64,000 bases of DNA from Sphingomicrobium sp. (GCA_035281125.1 DATEEM010000085.1:39671-103670); one strand, 5' to 3'. Counted from the stretch's first letter, positions 1 to 10,329 are shown. Notes: generated by a model from the letters alone, not told the origin. Program-made: numbers and translations.

Positions 1-1216
1 GCCGCAGCGGATGGAACAGCTCGCGGCCCTTTTTCCCGGTCGCCGTCTTCACCTGCTCGGTGAGCGCACGCCACGGCTCGCCGGCCCAGTCGAGCTTGCC
101 AGCGGCAGTCGCGGCCTCCTTCACGACCACGCGCTCGTCATGGCCGAGCTCGGGCGCGTCAATCTCCCCGTGGATCACGTCCAGCCAGCCGGCGACGTCG
201 GCGAGCCGCGTCAGATTGGGCCGAAGGAGCATCCAATCTTCGACTGTCGCCTGGGCCGGAAGCCGATCGCGAACCGCCTCGAAGGGAAGCGCGTGGAGCA
301 GCCGGGCATTGATCAGCTCGACCTCGTGCGGGTCGAAATGCGCCGGCGCGCGGCCGAACGTCGCGAAATCGAACGACTCGGCCAACTGGTCGAGGCTGAC
401 GCACGGCTCGACCGGCTGAGACGTGCCGATTCGCGCCAGCACAGCGAGCAGCGCCATCGGCTCGACGCCCTCCTCGCGCAGGTGGGGCGCGCCGTAGGAG
501 CCCAGGCGTTTCGACAATTTGCCCTCGGCCATGACGAGCAACGCTTCATGCGCAAATTCGGGCGGCGTCGCGCCAAGCGCCTCGAACATCTGGATCTGGG
601 TCGCGCTGTTGGACACATGGTCCTCGCCCCGGACCACGTGGGTGACACCCAGGTCGATGTCGTCGATGACGCTCGGGAGCAGGTACAGCCAGCTGCCATC
701 TTCGCGGCGCACGACCGGATCACTCAGGAGCTTCGGGTCAAACCTCTGTTCGCCGCGGATCAGGTCGTGGAAGGCGATAGGCGCATCATAGTCGAGGCGG
801 AAGCGCCAATGCGGCGCGCGGCCCTCGGGCGCGGGCGTGTCGGCCGGCCTGCGCTCGTAGACCGGAGGGAGCCCGCGGCCGAGAAGCACCTTGCGCCGCA
901 ACTCGAGCTCCTCGGGCGTCTCGTAGCAGGGATAGACGCGGCCGCTCTGTTTCAGCCTTTCAAATTCGCGTTCGTATAGGTCGAACCGTTCGGACTGCCG
1001 CACCAGGCGATCGGCCGCCAGCCCGAGCCAGTCGAGGTCGTCGCGAATCGCCTGGTCGAACTCGGCGGTCGAGCGCTCGCGGTCGGTATCGTCGATCCGC
1101 AACACGAAGGTCCCGCCATGCTTCCGGGCGAAGAGGAAGTTATGCAAGGCCGTACGGATATTGCCGACGTGGAGCCGACCCGTCGGCGAGGGAGCAAAGC
1201 GCGTCGTGACCGTCAC
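1..1216 (-). CDS. gltX: Glutamate--tRNA ligase (second alphaproteobacterial paralog type); 3' end runs off the window
   Basis: Not in the ORF track; translated by hand from GTG at 1216: MTVTTRFAPSPTGRLHVGNIRTALHN (HIGH motif), KLSKR (KMSKS-like), GKKGRELFHPLR at the window edge. Confidence 0.95.
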   Translation of the reverse strand, partial: MTVTTRFAPSPTGRLHVGNIRTALHNFLFARKHGGTFVLRIDDTDRERSTAEFDQAIRDDLDWLGLAADRLVRQSERFDLYEREFERLKQSGRVYPCYETPEELELRRKVLLGRGLPPVYERRPADTPAPEGRAPHWRFRLDYDAPIAFHDLIRGEQRFDPKLLSDPVVRREDGSWLYLLPSVIDDIDLGVTHVVRGEDHVSNSATQIQMFEALGATPPEFAHEALLVMAEGKLSKRLGSYGAPHLREEGVEPMALLAVLARIGTSQPVEPCVSLDQLAESFDFATFGRAPAHFDPHEVELINARLLHALPFEAVRDRLPAQATVEDWMLLRPNLTRLADVAGWLDVIHGEIDAPELGHDERVVVKEAATAAGKLDWAGEPWRALTEQVKTATGKKGRELFHPLR

Positions 1217-1284
1217 CGGAATGCAGCTAGACAATTTCGCCGTGCCGACAAAGAGTGGGCGATTGCAAGAATGGAGTTCGAGCG

Positions 1285-2121
1285 ATGGTGAACCGGACGA
1301 TTGCCGCCGCGATCGCGACCTTGATTCTGCCGGTGACGGCGTCTGCGACGACCATGTTTCCCAAGAAGTTCGTCTGTCCGGTCGGCGGGGAGACATTCAC
1401 CGCGCAGGTCATCGGCAGCATGAGCAGCTGGGGCCAGCGACCGGACGGGCGGCGCTACGGCACGACTCCGATCGTTCCGATAACCGAATGCCCCGGTAAC
1501 GGACTGGTCCTGTTCGAGGAAAAGTTCGACGATGCGGATCTCGAAAAGCTGACCTCCCTAGTCAACAGCACTGACTATCAATCGGCTCGGAAGTTCGAAA
1601 CGCCGCACTACCGTGCCTGGTGGCTCATGGACCGAATGGGCCGCGACCCGTTCGACACCGCGTTCACGCTGCTGGTCGCGACCTGGGAGGCCGACGGAAA
1701 CGCAGAGAAGAAGCGCCGCTACCAGCGCATGTTCGTCGAATCAGCGGCCAAATTGCCCTGGTCGGAAGCCAAGCGAAGCGACTGGTTCTGGGTCAACTTG
1801 CGGGCGGCCAACGCCCTCCGCGAGATGGGCGAGTTCGAAGCCTCAGCCACTCTCCTCGAGGCGATCGACAAGCCGGAGCGGCTGCCGGCCGAGGCCAACC
1901 AGCTCAAAGGCGCGCGATATTTGATCGACGGGCTGGCAATGCTGAACGCCGAGCATAACGCCGCGCTGGAGCCGGCCAATCTCATTCCCGCGCATGAAGC
2001 GGCACAACGATGCCTCGACGGCGCAAGCGAGCTGACGCCCGCGGAGACAAAGGCCTGCGCCGACGCGAAGGTCGCCGAGCAGGTCGAGCGGCTCAAGGAA
2101 TATCGCAAGTCCTCCAATTGA
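1285..2121 (+). CDS. Exported hypothetical protein, DUF2225-like N-terminus plus helical (TPR-like) C-terminus
   Basis: ATG 1285 with GGAG RBS at 1273-1276; signal peptide MVNRTIAAAIATLILPVTASA; CPVGGETF...RPDG...ECPGNG resembles the DUF2225 pattern. Confidence 0.7.
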   Translation: MVNRTIAAAIATLILPVTASATTMFPKKFVCPVGGETFTAQVIGSMSSWGQRPDGRRYGTTPIVPITECPGNGLVLFEEKFDDADLEKLTSLVNSTDYQSARKFETPHYRAWWLMDRMGRDPFDTAFTLLVATWEADGNAEKKRRYQRMFVESAAKLPWSEAKRSDWFWVNLRAANALREMGEFEASATLLEAIDKPERLPAEANQLKGARYLIDGLAMLNAEHNAALEPANLIPAHEAAQRCLDGASELTPAETKACADAKVAEQVERLKEYRKSSN

Positions 2122-2151
2122 CTTCGGCAGGATGCACGCGGTCCCGCTCGG

Positions 2152-3819
2152 TCAGCGCGGCAGCTTCGTCTTCGGACCACTGTGGAAGAAATTGCTGATC
2201 GGATAGCGGCGGTCGCGGCCGAAATTGCGATTGCCGATCTTCACGCCCGGCGGCGCCTGACGGCGCTTGTACTCGGCCTTGAGCAGCTTGGATTCGATGT
2301 CGGCGACCAACGCCTCGTCCTCGCCGGTGGCGCTGGCCACCTCCTTCACGGACATTTCCCGGTCAACCAAGGCTTCGAGGATGCGGTCGAGCACCGAATA
2401 AGGCGGGAGGCTGTCCTCGTCTTTCTGGCCAGGGCGAAGCTCAGCCGTCGGCGGCTTGCTGATCACCCGGGCCGGCATCACCGGCCCATCCGGGCCGAGC
2501 CCGCCTTCGGGTTTCGTATGATTGCGCCATTTCGACAGAGCGAAAACGGTCGTCTTGTAGGCATCCTTGAGCACCGAATAGCCGCCGGCCATGTCCCCGT
2601 AGAGCGTGGCATAGCCGACGCTCATCTCGCTCTTGTTGCCGGTCGTCAGCAGCATGTGGCCATGGGCGTTGGACAGCGCCATCAGTGCCACCATGCGCAG
2701 CCGCGCCTGGACGTTCTCGGCCGCCAGCCCATCGAGATCAGGCAGCATCTGGTCGAGCGCGCCGACGGCGGGGACGATCGGGACGACGTCATGACGGCAG
2801 CCGAGCAGCTGGGCGCACTCGCGCGCGTCCTCGAGACTTTCGTCGCTGGTATATTTGGACGGGAGCATCACGCCCCAGACCTTGTCGGGGCCGAGCGCAT
2901 CGACCGCGACCGCGGCTGAGAGCGCGCTGTCGATGCCCCCCGACAGGCCGAGGATGACGCCCGGGAAACCGTTGCGCTCCACATAGTCGCGCAGAGCGAC
3001 CATCATTGCCCGGTAGACGTCGACGGGAAACGGATCGAGCTCGTGCGAGCAACGCGTCCCGCACCGCCAGCCATCGGCGCCGCGCGCCCAGTCTGTGACC
3101 AGCAGCGCCTCGTCCCAGTCGGGCATCTGCACGACGCGTTCGCCGTCGGGATGGACGACGAAAGACGAACCGTCGAACGCCAGCTCGTCCTGGCCTCCGA
3201 CACGGTTGAGATAGGCGATCGGCAGACCCGTCTGGAGCGCGCGGCTGCGCACCAGCTGGTAACGCTTGTCGTCCTTGTCGAGCTCGTACGGGCTGCCGTT
3301 CGGCACCAGGAAAATTTCCGCGCCCGCTTCGGCGAGGTGACGGCAGACGGTTTCTTGCCAAATGTCCTCGCAGATCGGCACGCCGATCCTTACGCCGCGG
3401 AAGTCGATCGGCTCCGGCAACGGCCCGGAAGCGAAAATGCGCTTCTCGTCGAAGGTCCCGTAATTGGGCAGTTCGCGCTTCAGCGTACGCGCCGTGATCC
3501 GGCCGCCATCGCCGAGGACGATCGCATTATAATTGAGCCCGCCTTCGTGGATGATCGTGCCCACCAGGACGGCGGGGCCCGGCTCGGCGGTCGCGTCGAC
3601 CAGCCGCTCTGCGCATTCCATGGTCCTCCGGACGAACTCGGGCTTAAGCACGAGGTCCTCGGGGGGGTAGCCAGTCAGTTGCAGTTCGGGGCACAGGAGG
3701 AGATCCGCGCCCTGCGCCGCGGCTTTGCGCCGCATGTCGAGCATCGCCGCGGCATTGCCGGCGAGATCGCCGACGCGCTGGTTCATCTGCGCGAAGGCGA
3801 TTCTCAGGCGCTCGGTCAT
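2152..3819 (-). CDS. nadE: Glutamine-dependent NAD+ synthetase
   Basis: Nitrilase domain (PELQLTGYPPEDL, ICEDIW) plus synthase domain (GLSGGIDSA, TGNKSE, YATLYGDMAGG). Confidence 0.97.
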   Translation of the reverse strand: MTERLRIAFAQMNQRVGDLAGNAAAMLDMRRKAAAQGADLLLCPELQLTGYPPEDLVLKPEFVRRTMECAERLVDATAEPGPAVLVGTIIHEGGLNYNAIVLGDGGRITARTLKRELPNYGTFDEKRIFASGPLPEPIDFRGVRIGVPICEDIWQETVCRHLAEAGAEIFLVPNGSPYELDKDDKRYQLVRSRALQTGLPIAYLNRVGGQDELAFDGSSFVVHPDGERVVQMPDWDEALLVTDWARGADGWRCGTRCSHELDPFPVDVYRAMMVALRDYVERNGFPGVILGLSGGIDSALSAAVAVDALGPDKVWGVMLPSKYTSDESLEDARECAQLLGCRHDVVPIVPAVGALDQMLPDLDGLAAENVQARLRMVALMALSNAHGHMLLTTGNKSEMSVGYATLYGDMAGGYSVLKDAYKTTVFALSKWRNHTKPEGGLGPDGPVMPARVISKPPTAELRPGQKDEDSLPPYSVLDRILEALVDREMSVKEVASATGEDEALVADIESKLLKAEYKRRQAPPGVKIGNRNFGRDRRYPISNFFHSGPKTKLPR

Positions 3820-3910
3820 GCCCCGCGATTTAGCGAGGGAACGCGCCCCCGCAACCTTTACGGGACGTGGTGAGGCTGGCTAAAGCCCGCGCAGCGCCGG
3901 GGAACTGCCA

Positions 3911-4846
3911 ATGAAGCTACTTGCCGGGAACAGCAATCTGCCGCTGGCCCAATCGATTTCCGACTATCTCGAGATGTCGCTCACCGAAGCGAGCGTCCGG
4001 CGGTTTGCCGACGAGGAGATCTTCGTCGAGATCAATGAAAACGTCCGCGGCGAAGATGTGTTCGTGATCCAGTCGACGAGCTACCCGGCGAACGACAATC
4101 TGATGGAACTGTTGATCTGCATCGACGCGCTACGGCGCGCGTCGGCCAAGCGGATCACCGCGGTCATTCCCTATTTCGGCTACGCGAGGCAAGACCGCAA
4201 ACCCGGCCCGAGAACGCCGATCTCGGCCAAGCTCGTGGCGAATTTGATCACCGTCGCCGGAGCGAGCCGGGTGCTGTCGATCGACCTGCACGCGGGACAG
4301 ATCCAGGGTTTTTTCGACATACCGACCGACAATCTGTTCGCCTCGCCGGTGATTGCCGCCGACATCCACGCCCGCTTCGCCAACCGCGACCTGATGGTGG
4401 TTTCGCCCGACGTCGGCGGCGTGGTCCGCGCCCGCGGCCTCGCCAAGCGGCTCGACAATGCACCGCTCGCGATCGTCGACAAGCGGCGGGAAAAAGCCGG
4501 CGAGAGCGAGGTGATGAACATCATCGGCGACGTCGCGGGGCGCAGCTGCATCCTGGTCGACGACATCGTCGATTCCGCCGGGACGTTGTGCAACGCCGCC
4601 GCCGCGCTGAAGCAGGAAGGCGCGATCGAGGTCTACGCTTATTGCACGCACGGCGTGCTGTCGGGCGCGGCCGCGGCGCGCGTCGCCAAGTCGGAACTCA
4701 GCGAGCTCGTCGTCACCGATACCATCTGGACCGGCGAGTCCGATCCCAAGGACGGCAAGATCCGCAGGCTGACCATTGCCCCGCTGCTCGGCGAAGCGAT
4801 CCGCCGAATTGCCGACGAAAGCAGCGTCTCCAGCCTGTTCGACTAA
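3911..4846 (+). CDS. prs: Ribose-phosphate pyrophosphokinase
   Basis: [41 protein letters not shown]. Confidence 0.98.
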   Translation: MKLLAGNSNLPLAQSISDYLEMSLTEASVRRFADEEIFVEINENVRGEDVFVIQSTSYPANDNLMELLICIDALRRASAKRITAVIPYFGYARQDRKPGPRTPISAKLVANLITVAGASRVLSIDLHAGQIQGFFDIPTDNLFASPVIAADIHARFANRDLMVVSPDVGGVVRARGLAKRLDNAPLAIVDKRREKAGESEVMNIIGDVAGRSCILVDDIVDSAGTLCNAAAALKQEGAIEVYAYCTHGVLSGAAAARVAKSELSELVVTDTIWTGESDPKDGKIRRLTIAPLLGEAIRRIADESSVSSLFD

Positions 4847-4850
4847 GGGG

Positions 4851-5432
4851 ATGTGCAACCTCTATCAGCTCGAGAAGAGCGTCGACGCGGTCCGCCGGCT
4901 GTTCGCCGACCTTCAGATGCCGCTGAGCTTTCCGGAGGGCATCCCGAACTTTGAGCCGCGCGACGTGCGCATCACTGACCGCGCGCCCGTCGTTCGCTTC
5001 AACCGCGATTCCGGTTCCGCCGAGCTGGTGGAGCGCCGCTGGTCGTGGCCCGCGCCGACCGGCAAGCCGGTGTTCAACATGCGCTCAGACGGGCGGGAGT
5101 TCGGCAAGGACAGGTGCCTCGTCCTGGCCGACGCCTTCTACGAGTTCACCGCGCCGGCCGACCCGAAGCAGAAGAGGAAGGATTGCTGGCGGTTTCGGCC
5201 GGCCGGCGACTTCGCGATCGCCGGCCTGCTGCGCGACGACCCGAAGGTCGGCGAAGCCTTCACTTTGCTCACGGTCCCGCCCGGAGCCGACATCGCGCCC
5301 TACCACAACCGCCAGATCGCATTGCTTTACCCGCCGCAGTGGCGCGGCTGGCTCGACGGTTCGGCGCGGTCGGTCGAGCTGCTCCAGCCGAGTGGCGCGG
5401 GGTCGCTCGCGGTTCAGGCGGCCGGCGGATGA
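4851..5432 (+). CDS. SOS response-associated peptidase (SRAP/YedK/HMCES family)
   Basis: Start reassigned to ATG 4851, giving the MCN N-terminus (catalytic Cys2); FYEF and YHNRQ motifs; RCLVLAD. Confidence 0.88.
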   Translation: MCNLYQLEKSVDAVRRLFADLQMPLSFPEGIPNFEPRDVRITDRAPVVRFNRDSGSAELVERRWSWPAPTGKPVFNMRSDGREFGKDRCLVLADAFYEFTAPADPKQKRKDCWRFRPAGDFAIAGLLRDDPKVGEAFTLLTVPPGADIAPYHNRQIALLYPPQWRGWLDGSARSVELLQPSGAGSLAVQAAGG

Positions 5433-5462
5433 GCTTTTCGGCCGCATAGGCGTTCGCCGATC

Positions 5463-6119
5463 ATGTCGACAATTGTGATCACCGGCGCGAACCGCGGCAT
5501 CGGCCTCGAGTTCGCGCACCAATATTCCGCCGCCGGCTGGGACGTGATCGCCACAGCCCGCCAGTCGAGCCCGGAGCTCGACGCCCTGGGGATCCGGGTC
5601 GAGCCGCTCGGCCTGGCCGACGCGGACTCCGTCGCGGCCTTCCCGGCGAAAATCGATTCCCCGCTCGATTTGCTCATCGCCAACGCGGGCACCAACCACC
5701 CGATGAACACCGACGGCGCGCAGAACGGCCGCGACTGGCAGACAATGATGATGATCAACGCCATCGCCCCTTACCAGCTCGGCGCCGCGCTGCTGCCGCG
5801 GATGGCGGATGGCGGCAAGATGATCGCCATCTCCAGCGGCATGGGCAGCATCGCCGAAAACAGCGGCGGCTGGGTGCCGTACCGGACGTCCAAGGCGGCG
5901 CTGAACATGGCCTGGTCCTGCCTCGCGCTCGAAGCGCGGTCGCGCGGAATCGCCGTCGTGGCGCTGAGCCCCGGCTGGGTGAAGACGCGGATGGGCGGCG
6001 CCGGCGCCGAAATCACCCCCGACCAGAGCGTGACGGACATGCGCGCGTTGATCGAGCGCCTGGCGGTCGAGGATTCGGGCAGCTTCCTGCGCCGCAACGG
6101 CTCCGCCATCGCCTGGTAG
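5463..6119 (+). CDS. Short-chain dehydrogenase/reductase (CsgA-like subfamily)
   Basis: TGANRGIGLEF Rossmann motif, YRTSK (YxxxK), SPGWVKTRMGG. Confidence 0.92.
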   Translation: MSTIVITGANRGIGLEFAHQYSAAGWDVIATARQSSPELDALGIRVEPLGLADADSVAAFPAKIDSPLDLLIANAGTNHPMNTDGAQNGRDWQTMMMINAIAPYQLGAALLPRMADGGKMIAISSGMGSIAENSGGWVPYRTSKAALNMAWSCLALEARSRGIAVVALSPGWVKTRMGGAGAEITPDQSVTDMRALIERLAVEDSGSFLRRNGSAIAW

Positions 6120-6120
6120 C

Positions 6121-6149
6121 TTGTCAGAACGGGCGCTCGTCTTTATAGG
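6121..6149 (+). promoter_or_regulatory. Probable sigma70 promoter of rpmI-rplT
   Basis: TTGTCA-N17-TATAGG about 100 bp upstream of rpmI. Confidence 0.55.
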
Positions 6150-6250
6150 CGCGCGCTTTCCAGATCGTTGGAAAACCAATGGCCCGGCCGAAAGGGCTGC
6201 CGTGGCGGTTGGATAAGGTCGCGTCCCGAGCGGCGCATTAAGGAGACGAA

Positions 6251-6454
6251 ATGCCCAAACTGAAGACCAAGAGCGGCGTGAAAAAGCGCTTCAAGCTCAC
6301 GGCCACCGGCAAGATCAAGCATGGCGTGGCCGGAAAGCGGCACCGGCTGATCAGCCACAATGCCAAATATATCCGCCAGAACCGCGGCACCTCGATCCTC
6401 AGCGATGCCGACACCAAGACCGTCAAGTCTTGGGCGCCCTACGGCCTGAAATAA
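6251..6454 (+). CDS. rpmI: 50S ribosomal protein L35
   Basis: [21 protein letters not shown]; AAGGAG RBS. Confidence 0.98.
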   Translation: MPKLKTKSGVKKRFKLTATGKIKHGVAGKRHRLISHNAKYIRQNRGTSILSDADTKTVKSWAPYGLK

Positions 6455-6465
6455 GGAGTCGAGCA

Positions 6466-6834
6466 ATGGCACGCGTCAAACGGGGTGTGACCACCCGCGC
6501 AAAGCACAAAAGGATCCTGGACCAGGCGAAAGGCTATTACGGCCGCCGCAAGAACACGATCCGCATCGCCCGCCAGGCGGTCGAGAAGGCCGGCCAGTAC
6601 GCCTACCGCGACCGCAAGGTGAAGAAGCGCAGCTTCCGCGCTTTGTGGATCCAGCGGATCAACGCCGCGGTACGCGCCGAAGGCATGACCTACGGACAGT
6701 TCATCCACGCGCTGAGGCTCGCCAACATTGACCTCGACCGCAAGGTCCTGGCCGACATCGCGATGCACGAAGCCGAGGCGTTCAAGGCGATCATCGCCCA
6801 GGCGAAGACCGCGTTGGAGAAGAAGGCCGCATAA
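6466..6834 (+). CDS. rplT: 50S ribosomal protein L20
   Basis: ATG 6466 after AAGGAG; MARVKRGV...[15 protein letters not shown]. Confidence 0.98.
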   Translation: MARVKRGVTTRAKHKRILDQAKGYYGRRKNTIRIARQAVEKAGQYAYRDRKVKKRSFRALWIQRINAAVRAEGMTYGQFIHALRLANIDLDRKVLADIAMHEAEAFKAIIAQAKTALEKKAA

Positions 6835-6858
6835 GCTTTCTCACCGGCAGCGAATCGC

Positions 6859-6892
6859 AAGGGCGCGGAGGACTGGTCTTCCGCGCCCTTTT
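6859..6892 (+). terminator. Intrinsic terminator after rplT
   Basis: AAGGGCGCGGA-loop-TCCGCGCCCTTTT. Confidence 0.75.
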
Positions 6893-6910
6893 GCTTATGG
6901 GGCGAAAAGG

Positions 6911-7978
6911 ATGGACGATCCCGAAAAGTTACTCGAGGAAATCGGCAAGGCGGCTGACCTTCCAGCGCTCGACGCGTTGCGCGTCAAGCTGCTCGGCAAG
7001 TCGGGCGAGCTCACCGCGAAGCTGAAGTCGCTGGGCGCGATGGATTCGGCAACGCGCGCGGCGCAGGCGCCGAAGGTTCACGCGCTTCGCGAAGCGGTCA
7101 CGAATGCCATTGCAGACCGCAAGGCGGCACTCGAGAACGTCGAACTGGAGCGCAAGCTCGCGACCGAGACGCTCGATTTATCTCTGCCCGCGCCGGCGAG
7201 CCCGAGCGGCACGGTCCACCCGGTCAGCCAGGTGATGGACGAGCTGGCAGAGATTTTCGCCGACCTCGGATTCGCCGTCGCCGAGGGGCCGGAGATCGAA
7301 ACCCAATGGTACAATTTCACTGCGCTCAACATGCCGGAGTTTCACCCCGCCCGGGCAATGCAGGACACCTTCTACCTCGAGCCGCAAGCCCCCGATGAGG
7401 AGCCGTGCGTGCTGCGCACGCATACGTCGCCGGTCCAGATCCGGGCGATGGAGGAGCGGGGCGCGCCACTCTATGTGATCGCGCCCGGCCGCGTCTATCG
7501 CTCCGACAGCGACGCCACCCACACGCCGATGTTCCACCAGGTCGAGGGCTTGGTCATCGACCGCGCCATCACCCTCGGCCACCTCAAGTGGACGCTCGAG
7601 ACCTTTCTCAGGGCTTTTTTCGAACGCGACGACGTCGTGCTTCGCATGCGTCCGTCCTATTTCCCCTTCACCGAACCGTCAGCCGAGGTCGACGTCGGCT
7701 GGTCGATGGAAAAGGGCCGGCGCGTCGTCGGCGGTTGCGAAGGGTGGATGGAAGTCCTGGGCAGCGGCATGGTCCATCCGCGCGTGATCGCCAATTGCGG
7801 GCTCGATCCTGACGAGTGGCAAGGCTTCGCCTTCGGCTGCGGCATCGATCGCCTGGCGATGCTTAAATATGGCATGGACGACCTGCGGGCATTCTTCGAT
7901 GGCGATATCCGCTGGCTGAAGCATTACGGCTTTCGCGCGCTTGACGTGCCGACGCTGTCGGGCGGAGTCGGCGCATGA
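6911..7978 (+). CDS. pheS: Phenylalanine--tRNA ligase alpha subunit
   Basis: ATG 6911 in frame with track ORF; HPARAMQDTFY, LRTHTSPVQIR, FPFTEPSAE, GFAFGCGIDRL. Confidence 0.97.
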   Translation: MDDPEKLLEEIGKAADLPALDALRVKLLGKSGELTAKLKSLGAMDSATRAAQAPKVHALREAVTNAIADRKAALENVELERKLATETLDLSLPAPASPSGTVHPVSQVMDELAEIFADLGFAVAEGPEIETQWYNFTALNMPEFHPARAMQDTFYLEPQAPDEEPCVLRTHTSPVQIRAMEERGAPLYVIAPGRVYRSDSDATHTPMFHQVEGLVIDRAITLGHLKWTLETFLRAFFERDDVVLRMRPSYFPFTEPSAEVDVGWSMEKGRRVVGGCEGWMEVLGSGMVHPRVIANCGLDPDEWQGFAFGCGIDRLAMLKYGMDDLRAFFDGDIRWLKHYGFRALDVPTLSGGVGA

Positions 7979-10329
7979 AGTTCAGCTTGGAATGGCTGCG
8001 CGCGCATCTCGAAACCGAAGCATCGGCGCAAGCGATCGCCGACAAGCTGACGGCGATCGGCCTCGAGGTCGAGGCGCTTTCGAATCCTGCGGATTCGCTT
8101 GCCTCGTTCGTTGTCGCCAGGGTCCTGACGGCGGAGAAACATCCTCAGGCCGACAAGCTGCAGGTGCTGACCGTCGACGCCGGCACGGGCGAAACGATCC
8201 AGGTGGTGTGCGGCGCACCCAACGCGCGGGCGGGAATGCTCGGCGTGTTCGGCCCGCCCGGGACCTACATCCCCGGCACCGACCTGACGCTCAAAGTCGC
8301 GGCGATCCGCGGCGTCGAAAGCCGCGGAATGATGTGCTCCGCGCGCGAGCTCGAACTGGGTGAAGACCACAGCGGCATCATCGAGCTGCCCGACGATGCG
8401 CCGGTGGGCACGGCCTACACCGCCTATGCCGGGCTCGACGATCCGGTGTTCGACGTCAACGTCACCCCCAACCGCCAGGACTGCATGGGGGTGCGCGGCA
8501 TCGCCCGGGACCTCGCCGCCGCCGGGATCGGATCGCTGAAGCCGCTGGCCGTTCCGCAGATCCAGGCGTCCGAGCCCTGCCCCGTCGATGTCAGAATCGA
8601 GGACCCGGACGGCTGTCCCGCTTTTTTCGGCCGCGCCGTTCGCGGCGTGACGAACGGTCCCTCGCCGGACTGGATGCAGCGCCGCCTCAAGTCGGCGGGG
8701 CAGCGACCGATCTCGGCGCTGGTCGACATCACCAATTACGTGATGCTCGACCTCGGGCGGCCAGGTCACGCCTACGACATTGCCAAGCTGGAGGGCGCGC
8801 TGACAGCGCGAGCGGCAAAGAGCGGGGAGAAGGTCCTCGCGCTCAACGAGAAGGAATATTTGCTCGAGTCGTTCATGACGGTGATCGCGGACGACGTGCA
8901 GGTCCACGATATCGGCGGGATCATGGGTGGCGAGGACTCGGGCGTCAGCGAGGCGACGACCGATGTCATGCTCGAGGTCGCCTATTTCACGCCCGAGCGG
9001 ATCGCGCGCACCGGCCAGGCGCTCGGCCTCACCAGCGACGCGCGGACTCGCTTCGAGCGCGGTGTCGACGCGGCATTCCTGGAGGAGGGCCTAGCGATCC
9101 TGACCGGCCTGATCCTCGATATCTGCGGCGGGGCCCCGTCGGCCGAGGTCCGGGCCGGTGAGCCGCCGATCGAACATCGCACGATCCGCTTCGATTACGC
9201 ACGGACCAAGGCGCTCGGCGGAGTCGACGTGCCCGAAGCGCGCCAGCGCGAGATCTTCGCAAGCCTCGGCTTCGAGGTCAAAGGCGCCGAGATAATTGTG
9301 CCGACATGGCGGCGTGACGTCGAAGGCCCGGCCGACCTGGTCGAGGAAGTTGCGCGGATCGTCGGCTACGACCAGGTCAAGTCCACTCCACTAGACCGGG
9401 CGCCGGGCGTCGCGCGCCCGACGGCGACCCGATCGCAGCTGGTCGAGCGCAAGGTCCGCCGAGCCGCCGCGGCGCGCGGGCTCAACGAGGCCGTCACGTG
9501 GAGTTTCATTGCGGAGGAGGAGGCCGCCGCGTTCGGCGGCTCCGGATGGCGGCTGGCCAATCCGATCAGCGAGGACATGAAGGTCATGCGCCCGTCGCTC
9601 CTTCCGGGCCTGATCGCGGCCGCTCGCCGCAACCTGGCCCGCGGTGCGTCGGCGGTCCGGCTGTTCGAGCTCGGTCGCCGCTATCTCGACGACGCCGAGC
9701 GACCGACTCTGTCCTTGCTTCTCGCCGGCGACAGGCGCGCGCGCGAATGGCAATCGGGCAAGGCCCAGCCATTCGATGCATATGATGCCAAGGCCGAAGC
9801 GCTCGCCCTACTCGAAGCTGCTGGCGCGCCGGTCGACAATCTACAGGTGTTCCCGGATGCCGGGCCGACCTGGCACCCGGGCCGCTCGGCAACGCTGCGG
9901 CTTGGGCCGAAAACCGTCGTCGCCGCCTTCGGCGAGCTTCACCCGGGCCTGCAAAAGCGCCTCGATGCCCCGGCGGGCGCGATCGCCGCGGACCTTTATC
10001 TCGACGCCATCCCGGCCAGCCGGTCCAGCGGCCACGCGCGGCCGGCGTTCGCTCCGCCGGCGCTGCAGGCGGTGACACGCGATTTCGCGTTCCTCGTCCC
10101 GCACGATCTTCCCGCCGACAATCTGATTCGGGCCATTCGCGGCGTCGATAAGTCGGCGATCGCGGCGGCCAGAATCTTCGACCGATTCGAGAAGGGCGGC
10201 GAGCTGTCGCTTGCGATCGAGGTCACCCTTCAGCCAGCGGAAAAGAGCTTCACCGATGAGCAGATCGCGGCAATTTCGCGGGGGATCGTCGCCACGGCGG
10301 AGAAGCTAGGAGCGCGCCTGCGCACTTGA
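7975..10329 (+). CDS. pheT: Phenylalanine--tRNA ligase beta subunit
   Basis: HPQADKL, VVCGAPN, IRGVESRGMMCS, TPNRQDC, RFERGVD; ATGA overlap with pheS. Confidence 0.97.
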   Translation: MKFSLEWLRAHLETEASAQAIADKLTAIGLEVEALSNPADSLASFVVARVLTAEKHPQADKLQVLTVDAGTGETIQVVCGAPNARAGMLGVFGPPGTYIPGTDLTLKVAAIRGVESRGMMCSARELELGEDHSGIIELPDDAPVGTAYTAYAGLDDPVFDVNVTPNRQDCMGVRGIARDLAAAGIGSLKPLAVPQIQASEPCPVDVRIEDPDGCPAFFGRAVRGVTNGPSPDWMQRRLKSAGQRPISALVDITNYVMLDLGRPGHAYDIAKLEGALTARAAKSGEKVLALNEKEYLLESFMTVIADDVQVHDIGGIMGGEDSGVSEATTDVMLEVAYFTPERIARTGQALGLTSDARTRFERGVDAAFLEEGLAILTGLILDICGGAPSAEVRAGEPPIEHRTIRFDYARTKALGGVDVPEARQREIFASLGFEVKGAEIIVPTWRRDVEGPADLVEEVARIVGYDQVKSTPLDRAPGVARPTATRSQLVERKVRRAAAARGLNEAVTWSFIAEEEAAAFGGSGWRLANPISEDMKVMRPSLLPGLIAAARRNLARGASAVRLFELGRRYLDDAERPTLSLLLAGDRRAREWQSGKAQPFDAYDAKAEALALLEAAGAPVDNLQVFPDAGPTWHPGRSATLRLGPKTVVAAFGELHPGLQKRLDAPAGAIAADLYLDAIPASRSSGHARPAFAPPALQAVTRDFAFLVPHDLPADNLIRAIRGVDKSAIAAARIFDRFEKGGELSLAIEVTLQPAEKSFTDEQIAAISRGIVATAEKLGARLRT

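Noticed and set aside
11-979. 322-aa + strand ORF at the window start
   Set aside because: Antisense to gltX, which I translated by hand on the minus strand
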